Source: Amphiscolops sp. MND2022 (lineage: Eukaryota). From it: 64,000 nt of DNA. Within the stretch, counting starts at the first letter, position 1. Every line of letters starts with the position of its first letter. Positions 61,500-64,000 of the stretch are shown in pieces. Location of the stretch: NCBI GenBank assembly GCA_964187785.1, contig OZ076421.1:30070001-30134000 (forward strand). Reading direction: 5' to 3'. The notes beneath the pieces were generated by a model. The model made no database searches. It saw nothing but the letters and a program-made list of their open reading frames with translations, and was not told the origin of the DNA. The translations under genes and the position numbers were made by a program.

Positions 61500-64000
61500 T
61501 CATAAGCAACTTGAGGAATGATATCTGATTATTTGTGTACTCTGACATCATTGTTGCTTGCTTTGGTCAATTCTAGTTGATCAAACTTCTTTCGTTCATT
61601 TTCCAAAGCAGTGGTTTTTTTGTCAGTTGTTCCGTTCTTTTATTGTTCAGGTCCTTGTGATCGTGATGAAAAGCAACGGGCGGAATGACATCTGATTATT
61701 TGTGTACTCTGACATTTATTGTTTGTTGCCTGTTTGGATGACTTCTAGTTGATTAAACTTCTTTCGTTCATTTTCCAAAGCAGTGATTTGTCAGTTGTTC
61801 CGTTCTTTTATTGTTCAGGTCCTTGTGATCGTGATGAAAAGCAACGGGCGGAATGACATCTTATTATTTGTGTACTCTGACATTAGTGTTTGTTGCTTGC
61901 GTTGATGATTTCTAATTTATCAAACTTCTTTCGTTCATTTTCCTAAGCAGTGATTTTTTGTCAGTTGTTCCGTTCTTTTATTGTTCAGGTCCTTATAATG
62001 ATCGTGATGAAAAGCAACGGGCGGAATGACATCTGATTATTTGTGTACTCTGACATCATTGTTGCTTGCTTTGGTCAATTCTAGTTGATCAAACTTCCTT
62101 CGTTCATTTTCCAAAGCAGTGTTTTTTTGTCAGTTGTTCCGTTGTTTCATTGTTCAGGTCCTTGTGATCGTGATGAAAAGCAACGGGCGGAATGACATCT
62201 GATTATTTGTGTACTCTGACATTGTTGTTTGTTGCTTGCGTTGATGAATTCTAATTTATCAAACTTCTTTCTTTCATTTTCCAAAGCAGTGATTTTTTGT
62301 CAGTTGTTCCGTTCTTTTATTGTTCAGGTCCTTGTAATGATCGCGATGAAAAGCAACGGGCGGAATGACATCTGATTATGTGTACTCTGACAATATTGTT
62401 TGTTGCGTGCTTTGATCAATTCTGGTTGATCAAGTACGTTTGCTTAATTGCCCAAAACAATGTTTTTTTTGTCAGTTGTTCCGTTCTTTTATTGTTCAGG
62501 TCCTTATAATGATCGTGATGAAAAGCAACGGGCGGAATGACATCTGATTATTTGTGTACTCTGACATCATTGTTGCTTGCTTTGGTCAATTCTAGTTGAT
62601 CAAACTTCTTTCGTTCATTTTCCAAAGCAGTAGTTTTTTGTCAGTTGTTCCGTTGTTTTATTGTTCAGGTCCTTGTGATCGTGATGAAAAGCAACGGGCG
62701 GAATGACATCTGATTATTTGTGTACTCTGACATTGTTGTTTGTTGCTTGCGTTGATGAATTCTAGTTTATCAAACTTCTTTCTTTCATTTTCCAAAGCAG
62801 TGATTTTTTGTCAGTTGTTCCGTTCTCTTATTGTTCAGGTCCTTGTTATGATCGCGATGAAAAACAACGGGCGGAATGACATCTGATTATTTGTGTACTC
62901 TGACATTATTGTTTGTTGCGTGCTTTGATCAATTCTGGTTGATCAAGTACGTTTGCTCAATTGCCCAAAACTATGTTTTTTTGTCGGTTGTTCAGTTGTT
63001 TTATTGTTCAGGTCCTTGTAGTGATCGTGATGAAAAGCAACGGGCGGAATGACATCTGATTATATGTGTACTCTGACATTATTGTTTGTTGCGTGCTTTG
63101 ATCAACTCAAGTCGATCAAGTACGTTTCCTTCATTGCCCAAATCATTGATTCTTTTTGCCGGTTGTTCCGTTGTTTTATTGTTCAGGTCCTTGTAGTGAT
63201 CGTGATGAAAAGCAACGGGCGGAATGACATCTGATTATTTGTGTACTCTGACATTATTGTTTGTTGCGTGCTTTGATAATTCAAGTTGATCCAGTACGTT
63301 TGCTTCATTGCCCAAACAATGATTTTCTGTCCGTTGTTCCGTTCTTTCATTATTCAGGTCCTTGTAGTGATCGTGATGAAAAGCAACGGGCGGAATGACT
63401 TCTGATTATTAGTGTACTATGACATTATTTTTTGCTGCCTGCTGTGATCAATTCTAGTTGATCAAACTTCTGTCGTTCATTTCCCATAGCTGTGATTTTT
63501 GTCGGTTGTTCCGTTGTTTTATTGTTCAGGTCCTTGTAGTGATTGCGATGAAAAGCAACGGGCGGAATGACATCTGATTATTTGTGTACTCTGACATTAT
63601 TGTTTGTTGCGAGCTTTGATCAATTGAAGTTAATCAAGTACGTTTGCTTCATTGCCCAAAACGATTTTTTGTCGGTTGTTCCGTTGGTTTTTTTGTTGAG
63701 GTCCTTGTAGTGATCGTTCTGAAAAGCAACGGGCGGAATGACATCTGATTATTTGTGTACTCTGACATTGTTTGTTGCCTGCTTTGATGAATTCTAGTTG
63801 ATCAAACTTCTTTCGTTCATTTTCCAAAGCAGTGATTTTTTGTCAGTTGTTCCGTTCTTTTATTGTTCAGGTCCTTGTAATGATTGTGATGAAAAGCAAC
63901 GGGCGGAATGATATCTGATTATTTTTGTACTTTGACATTGTTTTTTGTTGCCTGCTGTGATCAATTCTAGTTGATCAAAATTCTTTCGTTCATTTCCCAT
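61500..64000 (+). repeat. Tandem array with a 166-175 bp unit, about 15 copies, running to the window end
   Basis: The anchor motif GAAAA(G/A)CAACGGGCGG recurs at 61668, 61836, 62009, 62175, 62348, 62520, 62686, 62859, 63032, 63207, 63378, 63550, 63721 and 63891; a degenerate first unit lies near 61505. Confidence 0.98.
61663..61712 (+). ncRNA. Box C/D snoRNA-like module (U43/snR70-like), representative of the 14 array copies
   Basis: Box C GTGATGA 61663-61669; guide ACGGGCGG; D' ATGA 61685-61688; C'-like CTGATTA; box D CTGA 61709-61712. The guide is complementary to 18S CCGCCCGU. Confidence 0.7.

Noticed and set aside
61500-64000. CRISPR array or alpha-satellite homologue
   Set aside because: The context is eukaryotic, the spacers are homologous to each other and there are no cas genes. 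The ~171-bp length matches alpha satellite, but I see no sequence similarity.

Overview
Eukaryotic (animal) genomic DNA dominated by transposons; the repeat families resemble ones I associate with acoel flatworm genomes, which is unverified. Main contents: (1) a complete 16.2-kb Ty3/gypsy LTR retrotransposon (2445-18621, minus strand) with ~1.7-kb LTRs, a 5-bp TSD, intact gag, damaged pol and ~7 kb of accessory sequence including an antisense spliced gene; (2) the first three exons of a cathepsin L-like protease gene; (3) several decayed gypsy, CR1-like and CRE-like retroelements; (4) a second, decayed gypsy element (~42300-56000, minus strand) carrying a class I fusion env-like gene, a TARG1/OARD1-type macrodomain and an antisense JmjC domain; (5) an intact three-exon PMS2 gene; (6) a ~170-bp tandem array (61500 to window end) whose units each contain a box C/D snoRNA-like module complementary to the 18S rRNA decoding site (U43/snR70-like). 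Best leads: the snoRNA-like array, the macrodomain plus JmjC cargo, and the antisense intron-containing gene. All homology calls come from motif recognition by eye; no searches were run.
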